DNA of 38,964 nucleotides from Pseudonocardiaceae bacterium (GTDB lineage Bacteria; Actinomycetota; Actinomycetes; Mycobacteriales; Pseudonocardiaceae): NCBI GenBank assembly GCA_050699895.1, contig JBOHFY010000037.1, positions 1 to 38,964 of the forward strand, read 5' to 3'. Shown piece by piece: positions 31,722 to 38,964 of this stretch (position 1 is its first letter; each line of letters starts with the position of its first letter). The notes under the pieces were generated by a model. It saw only the letters and a program-made list of their open reading frames with translations, ran no database searches and was not told where the DNA came from. The position numbers and the translations under genes were made by a program.

Positions 31722-33112
31722 GACCCCTCCAATCCTGGTTCTCCTGGTGTTGTTTTTGTCTGGCGCTGGGCCAGGACCCGCTCGACGATGGCGGTGGTGT
31801 GTCGCGCGGACTGGAACAGCGGGTGGTTGATCACGTCGCTGAGGAAGCCCGTGGTGGTGTGGATACCGGGGCCATTCACCCGGAACTCGGCCAGTGCCCG
31901 CCGCATCCGGTTCACCGCTTGTTCCCTGGTCGGTGCCCAGACCACCAGCTTGGCTAGCAGCGAGTCGTACGTGGCTGGCACCCGGTAACCCGGGTAGCCG
32001 TGTGTGTCTACCCGGACGAACGGGCCGGCCGCGGGCGAGAATTCCGTCAGCAGCCCCGGCGTCGGGGCGAAATTCCGTTCCGGGTCCTCGAGGTTGATCC
32101 GGCACTCGATCGCGCTGCCGCGGGGCAACACGTCGGGCTGCCGCAGTGTCAGGACTTCCCCGGCCGCCGCCCGGAACTGTTCCTGGACTAGGTCCACACC
32201 GGTGGCCATCTCGGTGACGGGGTGCTCGACCTGGATCCGGCAGTTGACCTCGATGAAGGAGAACTCGCCGCGGGCGTCCACCAGGAACTCGACGGTGCCG
32301 GCACCGGTGTAGCCAGCGGCCCGTGCGCCGAGGACGGCGGCGTGCCCCATCCGGTCGGCGAGGCCGGCGGGCAGCCCGGGTGCGGGGGTCTCCTCGAGGA
32401 GCTTCTGGTGGCGCCGCTGCACCGAGCAGTCCCGCTCACCGAGGTGCACGATGTTCCCGTGCTGGTCGGCGAGTATCTGGACCTCGACGTGCCGCGCGTG
32501 GTCGAGGTATTTCTCGACATACACCCGGCCGTCCCCGGACAGGGTCTGCGCGCTGGCCCTGGTGTGCGCGAACGCGCGGGCGAACTCGTCTCGCTCGCGC
32601 GCCACGCGCATCCCGCGGCCACCGCCGCCCGTGACCGTCTTGATGATCACGGGGTAGCCGATGCTGTCCGCGGCCCGCTGCGCCTCGTCGATGCCGCGCA
32701 GGGGTTCCGGGCTGCCGGTCAGGATCGGCAGCCCGGCGTCCGCCATCAGGGCGCGGGCCGCCGTCTTGTCGCCGAGGCGCCGGATGACCTCGGGTCGCGG
32801 CCCGATGAAGATAAGCCCGTTGGCCTGGCACACCTCGGCGAAGTCGGCTTCCTCGGAGAGGAATCCGTAACCGGGGTGGATGGCGTCGGCGCTGGTGCGC
32901 CGCGCCGCTTCCACGATGGCCGGGATGCTCAGATAGCTCCGTCTGGCCGCGCCGGGCCCGATCTGGATGGCCTCATCAGCGTAACCGACCACGGCCGAGT
33001 CACGGTCGTCAGTGGAGTAGACGGCGACGGTGCGGATACCCAGTTCCCGGCACGCTCGAGCGATCCGGAGCGCGATCTCACCCCGGTTGGCGATCAGTAC
33101 CTTGCTGAACAT
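31652..33112 (-). CDS. accC: Biotin carboxylase subunit of acetyl-CoA carboxylase
   Basis: Motifs are MFSKVLIANRGEIALRIARAC, the ATP-grasp motifs GYPVIIKTVTGGGGRGMRV and EVNCRIQVEHPVTE. The 3' end runs through the KR SD and 23 codons into the KR gene. Confidence 0.9.
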   Translation of the reverse strand: MFSKVLIANRGEIALRIARACRELGIRTVAVYSTDDRDSAVVGYADEAIQIGPGAARRSYLSIPAIVEAARRTSADAIHPGYGFLSEEADFAEVCQANGLIFIGPRPEVIRRLGDKTAARALMADAGLPILTGSPEPLRGIDEAQRAADSIGYPVIIKTVTGGGGRGMRVARERDEFARAFAHTRASAQTLSGDGRVYVEKYLDHARHVEVQILADQHGNIVHLGERDCSVQRRHQKLLEETPAPGLPAGLADRMGHAAVLGARAAGYTGAGTVEFLVDARGEFSFIEVNCRIQVEHPVTEMATGVDLVQEQFRAAAGEVLTLRQPDVLPRGSAIECRINLEDPERNFAPTPGLLTEFSPAAGPFVRVDTHGYPGYRVPATYDSLLAKLVVWAPTREQAVNRMRRALAEFRVNGPGIHTTTGFLSDVINHPLFQSARHTTAIVERVLAQRQTKTTPGEPGLEGSCQNRARNGSPSSPGPPAGSGSL

Positions 33113-33125
33113 TCCCGGCCGCCTC

Positions 33126-33653
33126 TCACCAGTGTTCGGCCGGGGCGAGGGCGAACAGCGGCTCGCCGTACTCGACCGGTTCGCCGTCGCTCTTGAGCAC
33201 CTCGAGGACCCTGCCCGTGAGGTCCGCCTCGACCGGGATCATCAGCTTCATCGCCTCAATGATCGCTACCTGCTGGCCGGGGGCCACCATGTCGCCCTCG
33301 CGCACGAACGGTTCCGCGCCGGGTTCCGGCGCGCGGTAGAACACACCCACGGCTTGTGCGCTCAGCACCCGGCGGGTGTCGCCGTCGCTCGCGGGGGCCG
33401 GCTGCTCGGGGTGGGTCGGCCCGGCCGGGCTTGTCTCCGCGGCGTCCCATTCGATATCGATGGCCACGTCGCCGGCGCGTACCCGCAGCACCCGCGGCGG
33501 GTGGGGAAGGGCGGAGAGCAACAGTGTTGTGTGGTGCCGTACCTGGTCGAGCACCGTGCCGAGCTCGTGCGCCGGGACCGGGTCCCGGCGCTCTGCCCGG
33601 TCCCAGGGCTCGGTGACCGCCGAGCTGGGCTCACACGACGGGCGCCGGATCAT
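33126..33653 (-). CDS. accB: Biotin carboxyl carrier protein
   Basis: The C-terminal biotinyl domain has the EAMKLM biotinylation motif (..[21 protein letters not shown]..). ATG 33653 overlaps the carboxyltransferase 3' end by 23 nt. Confidence 0.9.
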   Translation of the reverse strand: MIRRPSCEPSSAVTEPWDRAERRDPVPAHELGTVLDQVRHHTTLLLSALPHPPRVLRVRAGDVAIDIEWDAAETSPAGPTHPEQPAPASDGDTRRVLSAQAVGVFYRAPEPGAEPFVREGDMVAPGQQVAIIEAMKLMIPVEADLTGRVLEVLKSDGEPVEYGEPLFALAPAEHW

Positions 33654-35379
33654 CGTGGCTGCTCCCCACCGTGACGAGGCCGGTCAGGTCAGTGGTGGTT
33701 CCGTATGCGCGGAACCTCGCGTGCCGGCGCGCGACCAGCCGCGGGGGCTCTATCGCGGACAGTTCGGACAGGCTCCGCGTGATCACGGCGCGCAGCCGGT
33801 GCGCGGCGAGGAGAGGGTCGGTGTGGGCGCCCCCGTCCGGCTCGATCACGACACCGTCCACGATGCGCAGTCGCAGCAGCTCGCGGGCGTCGAGACGCAG
33901 CGCGGCCGCGGCCGCGGCCGCCATTGTGGGGTCGTTCCACAGGATGGCCGCGCATCCCTCCGGGCTGATCACCGAGTACACCGCGTTGGAGCAGGCGAAC
34001 ACGTGGTCGGCCACGGCGAGCGCGAGGGCGCCGCCGCTGCCGCCCTCGCCGGTCACGATGCTGACGATCGGCACGTCGAGCCGGGCCATCAAGCGGATGT
34101 TCTCCGCCACCGCGATGGCCTGGCCCTGTTCCTCGGCCTGGATGCCGGGGTCGGCGCCGGGGGTGTCGATGAAGGTGACGACCGGGAGGCGGAGCTTGCC
34201 GGCCAGCCGCATCAGCCGGGCGGCCTTGCGGTATCCCGAGGGCCTGGGCATGCCGTAGTTGCGCGCGGCCAGCTCACCGATCGTGTGCCCCTTCTGCTGG
34301 CCGATCACGATCACCGGCCTGCCCTCGATCCTGGCTGTGCCGCCGACGATGGCCCCGCAATCGCCGCTGATCCGGTCTCCGCGCAGCTCCGTGAAGTCCT
34401 CGAAGACCTGACTGATGTAGTCCAGTGTGGTCGGGCGCTGAAGGTGCCTGGCGAGCCTGACGGCCTGCCACGCGTCCCGCTCGGGCAGCTGGGCGGGATC
34501 GCGCACCACGGCGCCGCTCGCGCTGGCTCCGTGCGCGGTCGTGCCAGAACCGCCCGCGAGGTGGGCGTGTCCGCCGCTGGTCGCCAGCAAGCGCGCTAGG
34601 GTGCAGCGCAGCGCGCCACGCGGGCAAATCACGTCGATCAGGCCATGGTCGAGCAGGAACTCCGCGGTCTGGAAGCCCGCGGGGAGCGGCTGGCGGGTAG
34701 TCTGCGCGATCACCCTCGGGCCGGCGAAGCCTAAGCGCGCTTTCGGTTCCGCGATGATGATGTCGCACAGTGTCGCGAACGATGCCGCCACGCCTCCGTA
34801 GGTCGGGTCGGTGACCAAGGAGATGCTCAGCACGCCTGCCGCGTCGAGCTGGCCGAGCGCTTGGCTGGTCTTCACCATTTGCATTAACGAGAGCAGGCCC
34901 TCCTGCATGCGGGCCCCGCCGGAAGCGGTGACCAGGAGCAGTGGCGTCCGCTCGCGCAGCGCGGTCTCGGCCGCCGAGGTGATCAGCTCGCCGACCGCGC
35001 TGCCGAGACTGCCGCCGAGGAACCGGAAGTCCATCACCGCGACCACGACCGGCCTGCCCTCGATCGACCCTCTGGCGGCCACCGCCGCCTCGTCCAGGCC
35101 GGTCGACTGGCGAGCTGCCCGCAACCGGTGCGGGTAGGGCATCGTGTCCACGAAGGTGAGCGGGTCACCTTCGGGTATGGGCTGGCCGAGGAGCTCCACC
35201 GGCCCCTCGTCGAGCAGCTGCGCGATCCGCTCGTGCGCGCTCACCCGGTCGTGCGCGCCGCAGTCGGGACAGACCCGCAGGTTACGCGCCCACCGCTTGC
35301 CGTAGATGATGCCTCGGCAGGCCGGGCACAGGCTCCACTCGGTGTTGGTGGCCACGCGGTGGGGCAGCGCCTGTGTCAC
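33631..35379 (-). CDS. Acetyl-CoA carboxylase carboxyltransferase, fused beta-alpha (AccD-AccA) polypeptide
   Basis: The N-terminal AccD Zn-ribbon is [26 protein letters not shown] and the beta core is [16 protein letters not shown]. The second half has AccA-type motifs ([21 protein letters not shown]). The GTG start forms a GTGA overlap with the ACP stop (35376-35379). Confidence 0.9.
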   Translation of the reverse strand: MTQALPHRVATNTEWSLCPACRGIIYGKRWARNLRVCPDCGAHDRVSAHERIAQLLDEGPVELLGQPIPEGDPLTFVDTMPYPHRLRAARQSTGLDEAAVAARGSIEGRPVVVAVMDFRFLGGSLGSAVGELITSAAETALRERTPLLLVTASGGARMQEGLLSLMQMVKTSQALGQLDAAGVLSISLVTDPTYGGVAASFATLCDIIIAEPKARLGFAGPRVIAQTTRQPLPAGFQTAEFLLDHGLIDVICPRGALRCTLARLLATSGGHAHLAGGSGTTAHGASASGAVVRDPAQLPERDAWQAVRLARHLQRPTTLDYISQVFEDFTELRGDRISGDCGAIVGGTARIEGRPVIVIGQQKGHTIGELAARNYGMPRPSGYRKAARLMRLAGKLRLPVVTFIDTPGADPGIQAEEQGQAIAVAENIRLMARLDVPIVSIVTGEGGSGGALALAVADHVFACSNAVYSVISPEGCAAILWNDPTMAAAAAAALRLDARELLRLRIVDGVVIEPDGGAHTDPLLAAHRLRAVITRSLSELSAIEPPRLVARRHARFRAYGTTTDLTGLVTVGSSHDDPAPVV

Positions 35380-35666
35380 AGCGAGATCTCCTCCTTCGGC
35401 CCGTCGCTTCCCTGGGCCGCGCTCTCGTTGACCGCGGCGAGAAAGGCCCGCGGTGTCGTCGCGGACAGGACAGTGTCCTCATCGAACGTCGCGCCGAACT
35501 CCCGCTCGATCCGGCTACCGGTCTCCATCAGGGCCAGGGAGTCGTACCCCAGGTCGGTGAACTCCACGTCGAGGATGTCGCCCTCGAGGTTGACCCGCTC
35601 ATCCGCGCCCGCGGCTGCCCGGAGGATCGTCGTGAGGTCGTCGATGGTCAGTTCCTTGCGAACCAT
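35376..35666 (-). CDS. Type II PKS acyl carrier protein
   Basis: The protein is 96 aa with the phosphopantetheine-attachment motif [10 protein letters not shown]. Confidence 0.95.
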   Translation of the reverse strand: MVRKELTIDDLTTILRAAAGADERVNLEGDILDVEFTDLGYDSLALMETGSRIEREFGATFDEDTVLSATTPRAFLAAVNESAAQGSDGPKEEISL

Positions 35667-35714
35667 GGCCGTTGTCCCTTCGTCGCTGGCTGCCAGGTCG
35701 TGCGTCGTGGCCGG

Positions 35715-36932
35715 TCAGTGCGTGCCGCGCAGGACCACCGCCGAGTTGAAGCCGCCGTGGCCGCGGGCGATGACCAGCGCCACGTCCACCGCCGCTCGCC
35801 GAGGGGCGGTGGTCACCAGATCGATCTCGTACCGGGGGGCGAGGGTGACGTTAATCGTCGGCGGAAGCACGCGATCCCGGATTGACAGCAGCGCGGCCAC
35901 CAGATCCAGCGGCCCGCCACCGGAGTACAAGCGGCCGGTCATGGTCTTGGGCGCGGTGACCGCGACGCCGCCCGGCCCGAACACACTGGTGATCGCGTCA
36001 GCCTCGATGCCATCGAGTTCGGGCACCGCGGCCGCGTCGGCGAAGACCGCGTCGACCTCCCGCCCGGTGATTCCCGCGTCGGCCAGCGCCAGCTCGATCA
36101 CGCGCCGAAGACCCGCTGGGCGGCCACTGCCCGGCTTGGGGTCAAACGTGGCGGCGTAGCCGGCGACCTCGCCGTACCCGCTCCCCGCGCCGCGTTGCCG
36201 CGCGGACTCGGCGTCCTCCAGGACCAGGATGGCCCCGCCCTCACCGGGTACGTGCCCACTCGCCCCGGCATCGAAGGGCAGGTAGGCGCGATCGGGATCG
36301 TGGTGGCGGCTCAGCCGGCCGCTGGCGAGCTGGGCCACCCAGCCCCACGGGCACAGGGAGCCGTCAACACCACCCGACACGACCAGCCCCACGCCCTTGC
36401 GCAGCTGCCGGCGGGCCTGCGCGAGCGCATCCAACCCGCCGGCCTGGTCACTGACCACGACGCCACTGGGGCCACGCATCCCGTGGCGGATCGAGATCTG
36501 CCCGGTGTTCACCGCGTAGAACCAGGCAAACGACTGGTAGGCGCTCACGTACCGGCCGCCTTTACTCCACAGCCGCTCAAGCTCACGCTGACCGAACTCG
36601 AACCCGCCCGACGAAGCCGCGGTGATCACCCCCATGCCGAACTCCGGCAACCGCTCGGGCACTACCCCGGCATCGGCCAGCGCCCACTCCGCGGCCACCA
36701 GCGCCATCCGGGTCATGCGATCGGTTTGCGGGATCAGCCGGCTCGGCAGGTGGTCCTCCGCCACGAAATCAGACACCTCACCGGCCAGCCGGGCGGGATA
36801 CTGCCGCGCGTCAAAGCGGGTAAGCGGGCCGATGCCGGTCTCCCCGCGCAAGGTGGCTGACCAGTAGGCATCGGTGCCGAGACCGTTAGGCGCGGTGACC
36901 CCGATGCCGGTGACGACAGTGGGTGAGGTCAC
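35715..36932 (-). CDS. Chain-length factor (KSbeta) of a type II PKS
   Basis: It has a KS fold with Gln replacing the active-site Cys ([12 protein letters not shown]). The start [17 protein letters not shown] at GTG 36932 forms a GTGA overlap with the KSalpha stop. The track extension to 37058 overlaps KSalpha. Confidence 0.95.
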   Translation of the reverse strand: MTSPTVVTGIGVTAPNGLGTDAYWSATLRGETGIGPLTRFDARQYPARLAGEVSDFVAEDHLPSRLIPQTDRMTRMALVAAEWALADAGVVPERLPEFGMGVITAASSGGFEFGQRELERLWSKGGRYVSAYQSFAWFYAVNTGQISIRHGMRGPSGVVVSDQAGGLDALAQARRQLRKGVGLVVSGGVDGSLCPWGWVAQLASGRLSRHHDPDRAYLPFDAGASGHVPGEGGAILVLEDAESARQRGAGSGYGEVAGYAATFDPKPGSGRPAGLRRVIELALADAGITGREVDAVFADAAAVPELDGIEADAITSVFGPGGVAVTAPKTMTGRLYSGGGPLDLVAALLSIRDRVLPPTINVTLAPRYEIDLVTTAPRRAAVDVALVIARGHGGFNSAVVLRGTH

Positions 36933-38197
36933 CGGTCCCCCCCGCGCGGCCGCGTCAGAACCATGGCGCTCTGGAAACCGCCGAACCCGCTGCCGACGGT
37001 GAGCACGGTGTCGTTGCGCCGCTCGCGGGCGGTCAGCGGCACGTAATCCAGGTCGCACTCCGGGTCCCGCTCGTGCAGGTTGGCGGTCGGTGGCACCACA
37101 CCGTGCTCGATCGCCAGCACGCAGGCGGCTATCTCCAGCGAGCCGATAGCGCCCAGCGAGTGACCGATCATCGACTTGATCGAGCTCACTGGCGTGTGAT
37201 ACGCGTGCTCACCGAGGCTCCGCTTGAACGCGGCCGTCTCGTGCCGGTCGTTCTGCTTGGTGCCCGAGCCGTGCGCGTTGATGTAATCAATGTCCTCCGG
37301 GCGCACGCGCGCCTCGCGTAACGCCACCCGGATCGCCTCCGCCATCTCCCGGCCATCGGGCCGCAGGCCGGTCATATGAAAAGCGTTGCACCGGGAGGCG
37401 AATCCCGCGATCTCGGCGAAAAGGTGAACTCCCCGCTTCCGGGCATGGCCCAGATTCTCCAGTACGAAGATCGCCGACCCCTCACCCAGCACAAACCCAT
37501 TACGGCTGTTGTCGAACGGCCGCGACGCGTGCCCGGGATCGTCGTTGCGGGGTGTGGTCGCCTTGATCGCGTCGAAGCAGGCGACCGTGATCGGTGAGAT
37601 CGGAGCATCCGTGGCACCCGCGACCATCACGTCCGCGGACCCCTCACGGATCAGCTCGCTCGCGTAGCCCACCGCGTCCAGCCCGGACGTGCAGCCAGTG
37701 GACACCACAGTCGCCGGGCCTTCGGCCCCCACCGCCCACGCCACCTCGGCCGCGATCGAGCTGGGCACCAGATGGTTATAAAGATGCGGCACCGCGTACT
37801 CATGATCGACCAGCCACCGCCGGCCGCCGTCGCTGACGACCCGGTATTCTTCGTCCAGACCCATCGTGGCGCCGACCGCACTGCCGACCGCCACACCGGT
37901 GCGCAGTGGATCGAGGCCGGCGAGTCCCATCTCGCTGTCCGCGATCGCCTCACCAGCGGTGACCACAGCGAACTGCGCGGCGCGGTCCATCCGCCGGATC
38001 TGCTGCGGACTCAGCCCATGCGACCCCGCATCGAAATCGACCTCGGCCGCCACCCGCGACCGGAACGGCGACGGGTCAAAAAAACTGATGCGCCTGGTCG
38101 CCGTGCGCCCCTCAGTCAACAAATCCCAGAACGCCGTGACACCCACGCCTCCCGGAGCGAGCACACCCATCCCAGTGATCACCACTCGTCGATTCAT
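36929..38197 (-). CDS. Ketosynthase alpha (KSalpha) of a type II PKS
   Basis: The start is [17 protein letters not shown]. The active-site Cys is in [13 protein letters not shown], and the His residues are in INAHGSGT and [15 protein letters not shown] 38197 was chosen; the track extension to 38407 is Pro/Arg-rich. Confidence 0.95.
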   Translation of the reverse strand: MNRRVVITGMGVLAPGGVGVTAFWDLLTEGRTATRRISFFDPSPFRSRVAAEVDFDAGSHGLSPQQIRRMDRAAQFAVVTAGEAIADSEMGLAGLDPLRTGVAVGSAVGATMGLDEEYRVVSDGGRRWLVDHEYAVPHLYNHLVPSSIAAEVAWAVGAEGPATVVSTGCTSGLDAVGYASELIREGSADVMVAGATDAPISPITVACFDAIKATTPRNDDPGHASRPFDNSRNGFVLGEGSAIFVLENLGHARKRGVHLFAEIAGFASRCNAFHMTGLRPDGREMAEAIRVALREARVRPEDIDYINAHGSGTKQNDRHETAAFKRSLGEHAYHTPVSSIKSMIGHSLGAIGSLEIAACVLAIEHGVVPPTANLHERDPECDLDYVPLTARERRNDTVLTVGSGFGGFQSAMVLTRPRGGDR

Positions 38198-38385
38198 CAA
38201 CCCGCCCCCGCCGCGCCCCGGCCCGCCGGAGCGAATCCGCGCCCGCCACCAGATCCGTAACCCAGAATGGATAATTCCAGAAACCGCTCGGGACCGACTC
38301 GCATCTTGATCGGGCCGAGTCGGTTTTTCCAAAACACGGTTCGCTCCGGATTCATTGGTTGGAGGCGGTCGGTCCATCCACGAGG

Positions 38386-38832
38386 TCAACGCAGGTCGTC
38401 TCGCCACACCTGACGCTCACGCACCAGCCACCGCTGCCCGTCATGCAGCAGGACGTCCTGGCACACGGTGCTCATCCGCACCACCGTCGGCCCGCCGAGT
38501 GGGGTCTCCAGCACCTGAGCGTAGCTACGGACGAGCACGCTGCCATCCACCCTCGGGTCGAGAGCGAGCATGCCAAGCCAGTGCCTGCGCACCAGCCCCT
38601 TCACAACCAGGCCGGTGACAGCGTCCTGGGCGGCCTCACGGATCGCCGCCCTACCGCGCGCGGGCTCAGGGTGCGCGTTCGCCGCGAACACACCATCCTC
38701 AGCGAAACTCTCCGACCACTCCCCGACCAAACCCTCATCAAGCAGCTGCATCTGCTTGGCGTAAAACTGCTGAATCTGGTGGTACAGAACATCAACCGAC
38801 CGTTCGTTCAGGCTCGAGGCCGTCGAAGACAT
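38386..38832 (-). CDS. NTF2-like (SnoaL_4 / ring-hydroxylating-dioxygenase beta-subunit-like) protein, candidate polyketide cyclase or accessory protein
   Basis: The protein is 148 aa from ATG 38832 (GGAGG SD). The pattern [40 protein letters not shown].. is typical of NTF2-fold proteins. It sits directly upstream of KSalpha. Confidence 0.65.
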   Translation of the reverse strand: MSSTASSLNERSVDVLYHQIQQFYAKQMQLLDEGLVGEWSESFAEDGVFAANAHPEPARGRAAIREAAQDAVTGLVVKGLVRRHWLGMLALDPRVDGSVLVRSYAQVLETPLGGPTVVRMSTVCQDVLLHDGQRWLVRERQVWRDDLR

Positions 38833-38964
38833 CACCCCTCCACATCTTGGCAACAGTACCCACAACCCCAGGCACTCACGGCACGCGGACCAACCGTCGC
38901 GCGGTGTACCAGACCCAATACTGGACACCCTTGCTCGAAAACCACTGGAACAACACTCGAACCC

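Noticed and set aside
1-38964. tRNA or rRNA genes, CRISPR arrays, and intact transposases, integrases or prophage genes.
   Set aside because: No cloverleaf-like or rRNA-like low-GC structured segments were seen, and no regularly spaced direct repeats. The only transposase similarity is the internally deleted remnant at 23.6-24.0 kb.

Overview
This is a high-GC, actinomycete-type chromosomal segment with about 40 genes. I found no rRNA, tRNA or CRISPR array. All family calls come from motif reading by eye, and no database search was possible. ORF-track 'M' starts are often GTG or TTG, and many track ORFs carry spurious N-terminal extensions that I trimmed using overlap, SD and GC3 logic.

From left to right the window contains:
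- (1) 0.2-8.1 kb: an eight-gene, tightly coupled minus-strand operon. Its order is HIT, guanylate-kinase-like P-loop, luciferase-like monooxygenase, a 724-aa orphan membrane-anchored protein, Nudix, a VioC-like Fe/2OG hydroxylase, a PLP aminotransferase-fold enzyme and an Enzyme-I-like PEP-utilising protein. It is visibly less GC-rich than its surroundings and fits no pathway I know. This is my best candidate for an undescribed system.
- (2) 8.3-10.1 kb: an XRE/DUF397 regulator pair plus a small hypothetical gene.
- (3) 10.3-15.1 kb: an exopolysaccharide-type locus with a secreted GH30 hydrolase, a processive GT2 synthase carrying a degenerate GGDEF-like N-domain, and an acyltransferase-3.
- (4) 15.2-19.8 kb: a serine hydrolase, then an NRAMP-related transporter with non-canonical (Mg-type) metal-site residues, paired with a soluble PRC/MgtE_N/CBS protein.
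- (5) 19.8-25.4 kb: a decayed zone. It holds an amine-oxidase pseudogene, a 31-bp perfect inverted repeat, a cupin, a FAD monooxygenase, an internally deleted IS1380-like remnant, and TetR and XRE gene fragments.
- (6) 25.6-38.9 kb: the left part of a type II (aromatic) polyketide cluster that probably continues past the right edge. It contains KSalpha, CLF, ACP, a complete E. coli-type acetyl-CoA carboxylase set (AccD-AccA fusion, BCCP, AccC) inserted between ACP and KR, an ActIII-type KR, a didomain ARO/CYC, an acyl-CoA ligase, an O-methyltransferase and NTF2-like proteins. Its outer flank is eroded.
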